64,000 nt of DNA from an uncultured Nitrososphaerota archaeon. GTDB lineage: Archaea > Thermoproteota > Nitrososphaeria > Nitrososphaerales > CADDZS01. How positions within the stretch are numbered: position 1 is the first letter of the stretch; each line of letters opens with the position of its first letter. Positions 9,847 to 19,868 of the stretch are shown in pieces. Location of the stretch: contig CAWCYI010000006.1 in the NCBI GenBank assembly GCA_963799845.1, positions 768,001 to 832,000 of the forward strand, in the 5' to 3' direction. Position numbers and translations under genes: made by a program. The notes under the pieces were generated by a model that saw only the letters and a list, made by a program, of their open reading frames with translations, made no database searches and was not told the origin of the DNA.

Positions 9847-11556
9847 CTACTCTGGGGGAATCTCGGCGAAAGAGAGGGAGAGGTCTATCTTCTGACTTCT
9901 CCTGATTCCGTATGCGATCCAGTATACCAAGAAGCATGCAACGAAGATTCCGACGACAAATTCAAGGGATGTCGAAGTATAGAACGAGAGGAATCCCAGA
10001 GCTGGCCCGTTGATAAAGATGTAGGCGATGAACAGGTTTACGATCAGAGCCAGAATTCCAGCTATTGTAAGAATAGGGAATCCCCCGATTTTATATTTGG
10101 CCGCAGGTGATGCTTCATAAATTTGCTTTTTCCTAAATGGAAATAGAATCGCGGTTACGCTGATCAGAATGTAAGCTATTTGCGTTGCAAGTCCAGCGGT
10201 ATCGAAGTAGCTAGTTGATGTATACTGGTAAATGATCAAGTACAGAAATGCCTCGCATCCAATCGCGGAAACTATGAGGGCAACTATGGGCGAGTGAGTT
10301 CTCGAGCTCACGTATGCCAGTTTGTCAGGCAGAACACGGTCAAGGGAAGAGGCGAGCATTATTCTCGTCGACGCGAAGTAAACTATGAGTATGACCTGGA
10401 ATATACCAAATGTCGCACCAACCAAAATCAGCGTCCAGACTGTCGCACTGCTGCTGATAGACGCAACTAATGCCGGATAGTAAGGCGTGTAGAGGAATGC
10501 CAGTGGGTTGGTCGAAGGATCGAATGTAGAATACAGGTTGAAGAATGAGTGCAAGAACGGCAGCCCAATCACCGCTTCGAGAAGATACCATAGTGCGAGC
10601 AAAAATACGGCGAAAGTTAGAGCAGATCCGATTTGCATTGTCACTTGAGCTCTAAGATTTCCCGCCCTCTTTATTTCACCCAGATTGTAGATGCTCCAGA
10701 AGGCGTATCCGAAGGACAACCAAATAATGCCGAAGAGAAAAAGAGTATTTTCCAAACTGAAGGATGAGCTATGAAGATTCGCTGTATTGATTATGTACTG
10801 GTAATAACCTCCAGCGGCATTTACGTTCGCCGTACTGATCTGGCTTTGATTTCCCGCGGCGATAAGTGGTGCAGTAAATGAATTCAGGCTTGATACGAAT
10901 GCAGCGTGCGAGGTAGTTGCCAAAACTCCTAGGAGTGTCAGCGCAGAAATTGCACTGCCAGCAAAGAGCAAATACTGCAGTCTGACATAGAACCGAATTC
11001 CCAAAGCTGCAACGGCAAAACCAAGAATTATGATAAGAGTTGTGATCTCAAACACGAGAGTATTGTCGTACTGCCCAAAGCCAGCTGCAAGCTGACCGGC
11101 AAAATTGGCATCACCTGCATTTGTCAATCCCAGAAGAGCAAATAGTGGCTGATATCCAATCGTTGTCATCACCACACCAAGAAAGCTCGCAAAATACCAC
11201 TGCCAAACCGTCCAAGCGGAAAATGTCGAAGCAAATCCGATGGAAGGATGTAGCACCCTGCTCTGCCACACGTAATCGCCTCCAGCTCTAGGCATTGCCG
11301 ATGATAGCATTGAAGTGGAAACATAGAATGGAATCGCCGAGACCGCCATCAGCAAAATTGCGAGTCCGATATTCGCTCCAAGGAAGGAAGAAGTATAGCC
11401 CACGGAAAATAGGGTAGCCCACGTAAACCCGTAAAATCCGATTGCCATGAAATTATAGATGAACGCTTGACTGGTCGAAATCTCGCGGACGAGGCCGGAC
11501 GAGTTTCTCGAAAAAATCTTTTGGGGGGGCTGACTGGGCGGTTGGTTAGATCCCAT
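9847..11556 (-). CDS. APC family amino acid/amine permease
   Basis: F.R.SSGLVRE, AMPRAGGDYVW.SR, about 12 hydrophobic segments. Confidence 0.9.
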   Translation of the reverse strand: MGSNQPPSQPPQKIFSRNSSGLVREISTSQAFIYNFMAIGFYGFTWATLFSVGYTSSFLGANIGLAILLMAVSAIPFYVSTSMLSSAMPRAGGDYVWQSRVLHPSIGFASTFSAWTVWQWYFASFLGVVMTTIGYQPLFALLGLTNAGDANFAGQLAAGFGQYDNTLVFEITTLIIILGFAVAALGIRFYVRLQYLLFAGSAISALTLLGVLATTSHAAFVSSLNSFTAPLIAAGNQSQISTANVNAAGGYYQYIINTANLHSSSFSLENTLFLFGIIWLSFGYAFWSIYNLGEIKRAGNLRAQVTMQIGSALTFAVFLLALWYLLEAVIGLPFLHSFFNLYSTFDPSTNPLAFLYTPYYPALVASISSSATVWTLILVGATFGIFQVILIVYFASTRIMLASSLDRVLPDKLAYVSSRTHSPIVALIVSAIGCEAFLYLIIYQYTSTSYFDTAGLATQIAYILISVTAILFPFRKKQIYEASPAAKYKIGGFPILTIAGILALIVNLFIAYIFINGPALGFLSFYTSTSLEFVVGIFVACFLVYWIAYGIRRSQKIDLSLSFAEIPPE

Positions 11557-11623
11557 TTGACGGCTGGGAAGCGCCTAATCTATAAATGCGTTCTTACATG
11601 TTTCACCGATTCATAAGGCAGGC

Positions 11624-12583
11624 CTAACCGGCCACGAACTGGTATGATTTATACCCGGAATCATCGATGTTGACCAACACTCCCCTGAGCACACCTTCGC
11701 CGTATTCGCTACCGGGATTGATACACACTGACTTTCCGATCTTTGTGATGTTTTTAGATTCGTGAATGTGGCCATGCAACCCGAGCATCGGCTGATACTT
11801 TTCTATGGCGGCCCTCACAGCAGTCGAACCCGCTCCAAAAAGTACAATGCCACCGGCATCCATCATGGGCTTCGGCGGATAAACTGAAGCGTCGAGTTTA
11901 GGGCAGGTATCGAGGCCGGAGTTGACCGGCGGACAGTGAAGATTGAATATTGCAGATTTTGGATTTTCCAATAGGGCGATCTTATTCTCAAGCCGTCTCG
12001 CTATTTCTTCTTCTGGGAGGTCCCTTGGACAGTGCCACGGCGTGAGATTTGCAAACCCCCCGGAAATCATCTCGTGCTTCGAATCGATCTTGACGACCTT
12101 GTCCTCCGGCTGAACTATTTTCTTGCTTGCGCGAAGAACATCATCCACACCTTGTTCATCGTCATTTCCAGCGTTGACGTATAGAGGGGTAGTTGCATTC
12201 ATGTCTGCAAAGTCGACCCATTCCGAAAGCCTCTGGAGGACTAGCTCGCTGAATATTTTCTCAGCTCTGAGATGATCCAGTGCGAGTTCGGAAAGCCGAG
12301 AGGCAGATCCAACATACATGTAAGTGCCATTAGTCCTCAGGGTATCTTCGAATCGTTTCAGCTCATCCTTATTTTTCATTACGTGTTTTTGTTCCTGAAA
12401 CTCCGCCCAGTAGGTTCCGTCTGGATTCTCCGTCACGGGAACCACGTTCTTGCCAGTGACATCTCCTCCGATTATCAAAACGTCGGCCTTGTACCGTTCA
12501 GCTCCGCGAATGAATTTTTTCCAGACAGGATCGCTTCCGTGGACGTCGGTCGCAAACAAGATTCTGGTGAAACCGGATCCCAT
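11624..12583 (-). CDS. Icc-like metallophosphoesterase
   Basis: DVHG, GGD, GNDD, H.PP, HGHIHE, NPGS. Confidence 0.92.
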   Translation of the reverse strand: MGSGFTRILFATDVHGSDPVWKKFIRGAERYKADVLIIGGDVTGKNVVPVTENPDGTYWAEFQEQKHVMKNKDELKRFEDTLRTNGTYMYVGSASRLSELALDHLRAEKIFSELVLQRLSEWVDFADMNATTPLYVNAGNDDEQGVDDVLRASKKIVQPEDKVVKIDSKHEMISGGFANLTPWHCPRDLPEEEIARRLENKIALLENPKSAIFNLHCPPVNSGLDTCPKLDASVYPPKPMMDAGGIVLFGAGSTAVRAAIEKYQPMLGLHGHIHESKNITKIGKSVCINPGSEYGEGVLRGVLVNIDDSGYKSYQFVAG

Positions 12584-12700
12584 TTCTCAGATCTACTGAT
12601 TGAGCTCGGAATTAAAAAAGCAAATTGCCGGAAAAACGGTGGGGAGCTAACACTCCATGTCCACGGACTATCTTTGATTTATTCTAGAATAAGAAAAAGC

Positions 12701-14170
12701 GTAACCATTTAGCGTTTTGAAGTAATCGGCCGAAAGCTATTTGGCCAAGATTCTCCATTGAACTTTCCGTAAGCCTTTGTCTTCGATTGACGATGAACCA
12801 AGTAATCTTCCCGAATACTACCAAAGTCAAATCGATGAACTTGAAGAACAAAACAGACTCCTGAAGGAGGAGAATAAACAGCTCAAGGAGGAGCTTGCCT
12901 CCCTCAAGACAACGCTTGGGGCAGTTGTTGCAAGGAGCATAAACGCAAAGAAGGACACTCCCGCGACCTTTACTACAACCACCTCCGATAACAGAAAGTA
13001 CCACAAGAAATCTGGGAGAAGAAAAGGTCACGAAGGCGGGACGAGAAGAAAGCCAGACCACGTTGATCATACGATGGAACTGGATCAAACTGTATGCCCC
13101 AAATGCGGAGGAGTCCTCTCAGAAAAACCTACAGACAAATACGAAAGATTTGTCGAAGATGTCGTTCCCGCAAGATTGGTTGTAACAAGATACGTAATTA
13201 AGAGGAGATATTGCTGCGGATGCAGGAGACAGATCTCTCCTGAAGTGCCCAATGTCCTCAGCAACGAGCGATTCGGGCTCAGACTGATGCTCCTTATAGT
13301 TTCGCTCAAATTGCTGGGGCTGTCGTACGCAAAAATCACCTCACTATTCAAGCTCATCTTCAATCTTGAGATGAGTGAGGCTTCGGTGGAGCACTCTGTG
13401 ATGAAGGTTGCAGAAGCATTCGGTCCGCGTTACAGTGATCTCATCTCAGAAGTGAGAAATGAAAAGAGTCTGCATGGCGATGAAACAAGCTGGAGGATCA
13501 AGGGAAAGAACCACTGGCTCTGGACGTTTGTGGGCAAATGGTCGGTTATCTACGAGGTGGCAAGATCTCGAGGCAGCGAGGTTCCCATAAAGGTACTTGG
13601 TAGAGACTACGCTGGGACCGTGATAAGCGATTCATGGCCGGCATGGAACTACGTTGGAACAAAACATCAGAGATGCCTTCTGCACTACCTCCGTGATATA
13701 GAAGACACCCAGATCTATAAGAGACCGGGAAAAGAATTCACACCGTTTTCAAAGAAACTCAAACGCATACTGAATGACGCGATAAAAGTTGGAAAGAGCG
13801 TGAATGGAAAGAGGGATCGCCTAAGAGCCAAGAAGAGGTTTGAAGCGAGGGTCGAGAAAATTAACGCATCGTATTCGACCGTGGATGAGACAAACTGCAT
13901 GCGGTTTGTCAAGCGTCTGAGAAGAGAGAAGGGAATGCTGTTCACGTTCCTTGAAGAGCTTGGAGTTGACTGGAACAACAATACAGCGGAGAGAGCAATA
14001 AGACCAAGCGTTGTCATTAGAAAGATAACCTACGGCAACCAATCGATGGAAGGAGCAGATGCACACAAAGTGTTGATGAGCGTGAAAGAGACGTGCAGGC
14101 TGAGAGGATTGAACTTTTACGATTATGCCATGAACTATCTAAATCCAGCTTCAAAAAGCTAAACGGTTAC
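12701..14170 (+). mobile_element. IS66 family (single-ORF, ISBst12-like) insertion sequence
   Basis: 22-bp terminal IRs GTAACCATTTAGCGTTTTGAAG vs GTAACCGTTTAGCTTTTTGAAG (2 mismatches); 8-bp direct repeat GAAAAAGC at 12693-12700 and 14171-14178. Confidence 0.95.
12777..14162 (+). CDS. IS66 transposase
   Basis: N-terminal coiled coil, CPKCG zinc finger, DETSW, SD, HQRC..H, NN.AERAIR. Confidence 0.95.
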   Translation: MSSIDDEPSNLPEYYQSQIDELEEQNRLLKEENKQLKEELASLKTTLGAVVARSINAKKDTPATFTTTTSDNRKYHKKSGRRKGHEGGTRRKPDHVDHTMELDQTVCPKCGGVLSEKPTDKYERFVEDVVPARLVVTRYVIKRRYCCGCRRQISPEVPNVLSNERFGLRLMLLIVSLKLLGLSYAKITSLFKLIFNLEMSEASVEHSVMKVAEAFGPRYSDLISEVRNEKSLHGDETSWRIKGKNHWLWTFVGKWSVIYEVARSRGSEVPIKVLGRDYAGTVISDSWPAWNYVGTKHQRCLLHYLRDIEDTQIYKRPGKEFTPFSKKLKRILNDAIKVGKSVNGKRDRLRAKKRFEARVEKINASYSTVDETNCMRFVKRLRREKGMLFTFLEELGVDWNNNTAERAIRPSVVIRKITYGNQSMEGADAHKVLMSVKETCRLRGLNFYDYAMNYLNPASKS

Positions 14171-14447
14171 GAAAAAGCTAATTTCCAGTTGTATCTCTGC
14201 CCATTCTCTCTGGTGCTTTTAATAGCAGTTCCCATTGATTCATAAAGAAAAAAATTTTCTGCGTTTCTACACACGTGAGCGCTTTTTGGCCGAAGAGCTA
14301 CGTTCAAGCTCTGTTCAATTCGGACAGCTCGTTTCAAGCTCTTCCGGCAATACAGAGCTCGAAACGCCGAGTTTCGATCTTGCCTTCATTGCGATCTTCC
14401 AATAGAAATTGAGTCAGTTATAGCGCCATTATCGCAGTTGAATCGCT

Positions 14448-14471
14448 ATTGTAAAATTGTTATTTTACAAT
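14448..14471. promoter_or_regulatory. Perfect inverted repeat, putative operator
   Basis: ATTGTAAAAT-TGTT-ATTTTACAAT just upstream of TATA-like TTAAATA, before the 14531-19825 operon. Confidence 0.55.
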
Positions 14472-14530
14472 GAGATCATTCAATCTTAAATAAACTGGAA
14501 AAAAACAAGGATGCAAAGAGCAGTCATAGA

Positions 14531-15516
14531 ATGGGCGTTTCAAGAAAAGGTCGTGGCGGTTTGCCCAAGCATGATGAAAAAATTGCTGTTGTTGGCTCCG
14601 GCTTGATGGGAAGGGGAATCGGCCAGTCGTTTGCTTCTGCCGGATATCGCGTTACGCTGATTGATCTCAACCAAAAGATTCTCGATTTTGCGTTACAGCA
14701 GATCAGTGCATCCCTGAAAGTGATGGAAAAAGCCGGATTACTGAACGAAACTAGGGAGACTGTTCTTTCTCGTATTTCCACGGAACCAGTCTTGTCAAAT
14801 GGTGTTTCTGATTCTACCTTCGTCATCGAAGCAGTCTTTGAGAATATCGACACAAAGAAAGACGTCTTCAAGAGGGTCGAGGCTTCAGTTAGCCCGGAAA
14901 CGGTAATTTCAAGCAACACGACCGCCATTCCGATTACTTCTCTTGCGAGTGTTACGTCCCGTCCCGAACGCGTTGTTGGTGCTCATTTCTGGAATCCTCC
15001 GCAGCTGATGCGTGCAGTCGAAGTCACGAAGGGAGAAAAAACGAGCCCCGAAACTGTAGAAAAGATGGTATCGATCCTCAAGAATGCCGGAAAGAAACCG
15101 GCTGTAGTGAACAAAGATGTCCCGGGGCAGATCGGAATAAGAATACTTTACGCGATGATCAGGGAGGCGACGTGGCTTGTTGAAAACGGGGTAGCTTCGG
15201 CTGAGGATGTTGACAACGTCATCAAAGAGGCGCTGGGAACGAGACTTGAAGTCGTCGGCCCTCTGGAACTTTCAGATCTTTCTGGAATCGATCTTGTTGA
15301 GAAAGTTGCAAAGATCCTCTACAAGTCGCTGGACTCTTCTCAGGGACCACAGGAACTCGTGAAGGACATGGTAAAGCGGGGGAGCTTGGCGTAAAATCCG
15401 GAAAGGGATTTTACGACTGGAAGAAAGACCGCAACGTGCAGGAAACGATCAAGTTACGCGACGAACACCTTATCAAAATCTTAAAGGAAAAAAGCGCCAG
15501 CAAAGACTCTTCCTGA
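14531..15516 (+). CDS. 3-hydroxyacyl-CoA dehydrogenase family protein (frameshift at G5, 15378-15382)
   Basis: GSGLMG, EAVFE....K, SSNT, HF.NP; tail GELGVKSGKGFYDW continues in another frame to TGA 15516. Confidence 0.9.
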
Positions 15517-15537
15517 GTAACGGTAGAATTCTTCCCG

Positions 15538-17922
15538 ATGTCCCAGCAGACTGTTCTTGAAGAAAACCAGGCTGATCTGGCCGTCATCGGCAAATCCGTT
15601 CCGCGCGTTGATGGGCGGGAGAAGGTTACAGGTATCGCAGTTTTCGCGTACGATATGGAACTGCCGAGGATGCTTTACGGCAAGATTCACAGGTCACGGA
15701 TTGCTCACGCAGAAATCCTCTCTATTAACAAGGAGAAGGCCCTGCGGGTACCTGGAGTCCGCGCAGTTGTTACAGGTCAGGAAGTATCCCAGGGTCTTCG
15801 AGGGAGGGGCCTGCTGGATACGCCGATTCTTGCCCACGGCAAAGTAAGGTATGTCGGCGAGCCGATAGCTGCTGTCGCGGCGGAGACTCTCGAAGCCGCC
15901 GAAGAGGCGTGCGACCTGATTGAAGTGGAGTACAGGGAGCTCCAATCTATTTTCGATCCCGAAAAATCGATGGAGCAAAACCCGGAGGTTGTGATCCACC
16001 CGGACATCGGCAAGTACCAGCGCCTCAAGGCTCAGATATACAAGGCGGTTTCAGATCCCGCGAGGCCGAACATTACAAACTACTTCAAGGTCAGGCATGG
16101 AAACATCGACGAAGCATTCGCGCGAGCAGATCTTATCGTCGAAAATCGCTACTCGACCCACATGGTTCAGCACGCTCACATAGAGCCAATTGCGGTCCTC
16201 GCCAGGTTTGAGACCGACGGATCATACACGATTTGGACGTCAGGTCAAAATACCTACAGGACGAGGAGGGAGCTGAGCGACGCCCTAAAGGTTCCGGAGA
16301 CCAAAATCAGGGTCATAGCGCTTCGTCACGTTGGCGGGGGTTTTGGCAACAAGGGAGCGGGTCACATCGAGCCGATAGTCGCCTCGCTGGCAGAGAAGAC
16401 TAGGAGGCCGGTGAAAATCGCGCTTACGAGAGACGAAGTGTTCACCGCGACGAGCGTGCGGCACCCTTCCGTGACCTACGTGAAAGATGCGGTCAAGAAG
16501 GATGGCACAATCCTCGGCAGGCAGATAAAGCTGATCTACAACGGCGGAGCGTACTCACTTGCAGGGAATGTCGCGGTGGGAAACTCCATACACGGCATGA
16601 CCAGTGTATACAGACTGCCCGCCCTGAGGGCCGATATTTACAGGGTCTACACGAATCAGGTCCAGGGGGGAGCGTTCCGAGGCTTCGGTGCGCCGCAGAT
16701 CTATTTTGCCATTGAATCGCAGATGGATCTGGTAGCAGAAAAGCTCGGGATGGATCCGCTGGAATTCCGGAGGATAAACCTGCTCCACGATGGCGAAAAA
16801 ACTGCAATCGGGCACAAGACGACTAACAGCACGATTGAGGAGTGTATGGAAAAAGTCGCAGAGTCTGTCAGGTCAAAGCCACTACCAGAAGTGGATGGAA
16901 AGTGGCACTACGGCACTGGCTACGCGATTTCAAAGGAACAGTGCGACGTCTCGTTTCCGAGCATGGCGTACGTCAGGTTGATCGAGGACGGCTCGATAGA
17001 AGTCTGGACGGCCGCGACAGATCCAGGAGAAGGAATTCACACCGTGCTTTCCCAGATCGCAGCGGAGGAAATGCAGATTCCCGTTGACAAGGTGCGGATG
17101 GTTCTCTCCGATACAGGGCTGACGCCGGTCGGAACCGGAGCGTCCGGTAGCAGGCAGACGTCCCAGATGGGAATGGCCGTCAAACTTGCTGCCCAGGATC
17201 TTAAGAAAAAAATGATTTCTTCCGCCGCGAGGAGGCTCACCATCCGTGAGGACTCGTTATCTTTCGTGAAAGGAGAAATCGTTGTCATTGGGGGAGTAGA
17301 TGGTGCAAGAAAATCTCTTCCCTATAGCGAGATTTTCCGTCCCGGTCCGATGGGCGGTGCCTTCGTCCCTGAGGAAGGGACCCTGATGGGCAAGGCTTTC
17401 TGGATGCCGAAGACTGGAGAGCTGGATCCGGAGACGGGTCAGTCATCAACCGATAGAGCCGTAGCATATTACACACCGGTAGCGCAGGCTGCTCGCGTCG
17501 CAATAAACATAGAGACCGGCGCTCTGAAAATAGTCGAATTCATCGGCTCGATCGACGTGGGAAAGGCGCTGAATCCGCTGAACGTGATCGGGCAGAATGA
17601 GGGCGCGATTGCGATGGGACTGAACGGGGCGATAAACGAAGAGATGGTTCTCGTGAACGGAAGAGTACTAAATCCGGATCTTAAGGACTACAAATTGCAG
17701 AGCATTATGGAGTACTATCCAATCAACTCGATCATACTGGAGAACTTCAATCCGGACGGTCCTTACGGGGCAAGGGGATGTGGGGAGGCCCCGATTAGTC
17801 CGGTCGCTCCGGCCCTTGCCAATGCAGTCTACAATGCGATTGGAATCCGCTTTTTTGATCTTCCGATTACTCCTGAAAAAATACTCTTGGCGCTAAAGTC
17901 TCGCGGGAACGGAAAGCGTTAA
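15538..17922 (+). CDS. Xanthine dehydrogenase family molybdopterin-binding large subunit (L1)
   Basis: KVTG.A, GGGFG.K, AFRGFG, GA.G.GE. Confidence 0.95.
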   Translation: MSQQTVLEENQADLAVIGKSVPRVDGREKVTGIAVFAYDMELPRMLYGKIHRSRIAHAEILSINKEKALRVPGVRAVVTGQEVSQGLRGRGLLDTPILAHGKVRYVGEPIAAVAAETLEAAEEACDLIEVEYRELQSIFDPEKSMEQNPEVVIHPDIGKYQRLKAQIYKAVSDPARPNITNYFKVRHGNIDEAFARADLIVENRYSTHMVQHAHIEPIAVLARFETDGSYTIWTSGQNTYRTRRELSDALKVPETKIRVIALRHVGGGFGNKGAGHIEPIVASLAEKTRRPVKIALTRDEVFTATSVRHPSVTYVKDAVKKDGTILGRQIKLIYNGGAYSLAGNVAVGNSIHGMTSVYRLPALRADIYRVYTNQVQGGAFRGFGAPQIYFAIESQMDLVAEKLGMDPLEFRRINLLHDGEKTAIGHKTTNSTIEECMEKVAESVRSKPLPEVDGKWHYGTGYAISKEQCDVSFPSMAYVRLIEDGSIEVWTAATDPGEGIHTVLSQIAAEEMQIPVDKVRMVLSDTGLTPVGTGASGSRQTSQMGMAVKLAAQDLKKKMISSAARRLTIREDSLSFVKGEIVVIGGVDGARKSLPYSEIFRPGPMGGAFVPEEGTLMGKAFWMPKTGELDPETGQSSTDRAVAYYTPVAQAARVAINIETGALKIVEFIGSIDVGKALNPLNVIGQNEGAIAMGLNGAINEEMVLVNGRVLNPDLKDYKLQSIMEYYPINSIILENFNPDGPYGARGCGEAPISPVAPALANAVYNAIGIRFFDLPITPEKILLALKSRGNGKR

Positions 17923-17975
17923 TTCTCAAAATCGAAAACTTTCCGTACGACCATCGGGTAAGGTGCGATTTTATT

Positions 17976-19410
17976 TTGACTTACAAGCAGTTCATCAACG
18001 GCGAGTTTGTGGATTCTTCGAGCGGCGAAAGCTACGAAGTAACGAATCCCGCCAACGGAAAAATCGTAGATCGGGTCGCGAGGGGGACCGTCGAAGATGC
18101 AAAGGCGGCTATAGATTACGCCCACGATGCACTGAAACGCGAAAAAGCTTCGAAATCAAACATCTCCAAAATATTGCAAACCGTCTCGGGATTGATCAGA
18201 GAACACGAGACCGAGCTTGCGACTATAATGACTCTGGAGCAAGGCAAAACGCTTGCAGAGTCTCGCGGGGAGATAAGATTCTTCGCGCATACGATGGAGT
18301 ACTACGCTGGTTTGAAGGCGCGTGGTTCGCAGGTGCAGATTTCCGATCCGACGAAGCTCGCCGTGGTTGAAAAAGAGCCGGTCGGCGTCGTCGGCGCAAT
18401 TGTGCCCTGGAACAATCCGATACTTTTGATGGGCGCGAAAGTCGCAGCTTCCCTCAGCTGCCGGCAGCGCGATTGTCGTGAAACCTGCTAGTACAACGCC
18501 CCTATCCACGCTGAAATCGATGGAATTATTCGAGGAAGCCGGTGTCCCCAAAGGGTTGCTGAACGTAGTGACCGGCTCCGGCGAAACCGTCGGGGAAGAA
18601 TTGGTCAAAAATCCAAAGACAAGGAAAATTTCCTTCACGGGAGAAACTGCGACTGGCAAGAGGATCATGGAGCTAGCGGCCTCGCAGTTGAAGAGAGTGA
18701 CTCTCGAGCTCGGCGGCAGTAACCCGCTGATCGTTTGCGATGATGCAGATTTGGATGCGGCCGTAAATGCGACTCTCAACGGCCGTTTTAGAAATGCTGG
18801 GCAGGGCTGCATGTGCGTCAAGAGGACTTTTGTTTTCGAGACTGTCGCGCCTAAATTTCTCGCGAAATTGAAAGAGAGAGCGCTAGCGATCAAAGTTGGC
18901 GATGGAATGAAGAGCGACACAACGATGGGACCCGTTCACAGCAGGTCGCAGAGAAACAAGGTTGAAGCTCAGGTTAACGCGACGGTGAGTGGAGGAGCGA
19001 CGCTTGTGCTTGGAGGAAAAGAGCCGGACGACCCCGATCTCGGCTCTGGCTATTTTTACATGCCGACCCTGGTCACGAACGTTGACGAAAATTCAAAGCT
19101 GCTCGCAGAAGAGTGTTTCGGACCGGCGCTCCCCGTCGTTGCAGTCAAAGGACTGGACGATGCGATCGAAAAAGCGAACGCATCTATCTACGGGCTCGGT
19201 GCCTCCATCTGGACAAAAGATCTCGGAACGGCGAAGAAAGCGGCTTCAGATCTCGAGGCGGGCACCGTCCTGGTGAACTCCCTCTATGGAGCAGGTGGGT
19301 GGGAGATCGAAGTTCCGATGGGCGGGTACAAGCAGAGCGGAATTGGACGGGAGTACGGGATTGAAGGTTTGGAGTCGTACACCGAAACGAAAACGATAAT
19401 TTTCGGTTAG
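17976..19410 (+). CDS. NAD(P)-dependent aldehyde dehydrogenase (frameshift at about 18455)
   Basis: PWN.P, KPA, SFTG, LELGG, NAGQ.C, EE.FGP, GG.K.SG.GRE across two frames. Confidence 0.92.
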
Positions 19411-19435
19411 ATCGGCCAAGATAATGGAATGATCG

Positions 19436-19825
19436 TTGATGGTTTCGAAAAAAGAAACCCAAAAGATCAAGATAATTCCTCACCAGGAAGGCGACAAAGT
19501 GGATCTTGGCAAAGGAAGCTTTTCCAACCTGATTCTTACCGGGTCGAAACTTGAAAAGTCAAACAGGAACATGCTCGGGTATTCCGTGTTCAAACCTGGG
19601 ATAGATACGAAACAGAAGATCCATGTTGAGGCAGAAGAGCTCGCGTATGTGGTCTCTGGCTCCGGAAAAATTACCGTTGGAAACGAATTGATTTCCTTCT
19701 CCGCGGGCGATTCGATTTTCATTCCACCGGGTGTCCCCCACGGAGTGAGAAACGACGGATCAGTGGACGTCGCGATGGTTTTCTTCTTCTCCTCTCCAGA
19801 GTACCCGAAGACGGTCGACGCCTAA
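19436..19825 (+). CDS. Cupin domain protein
   Basis: H...EE..YV.SG.G, GDSIFIPPGVPH. Confidence 0.88.
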   Translation: MMVSKKETQKIKIIPHQEGDKVDLGKGSFSNLILTGSKLEKSNRNMLGYSVFKPGIDTKQKIHVEAEELAYVVSGSGKITVGNELISFSAGDSIFIPPGVPHGVRNDGSVDVAMVFFFSSPEYPKTVDA

Positions 19826-19868
19826 ACGTCGCGGAACGCGGCGACCGCGACCCTGTCTTTTCAATCTT

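Noticed and set aside
14295-14345. Two imperfect TTCAAGCTCT repeats as a mini-CRISPR
   Set aside because: Only two short units, no regular spacing, no cas genes
18156-18920. Long antisense ORFs (also 36530..36979, 38028..38540, 51670..52299)
   Set aside because: Shadows of well-supported genes on the opposite strand with no recognisable motifs
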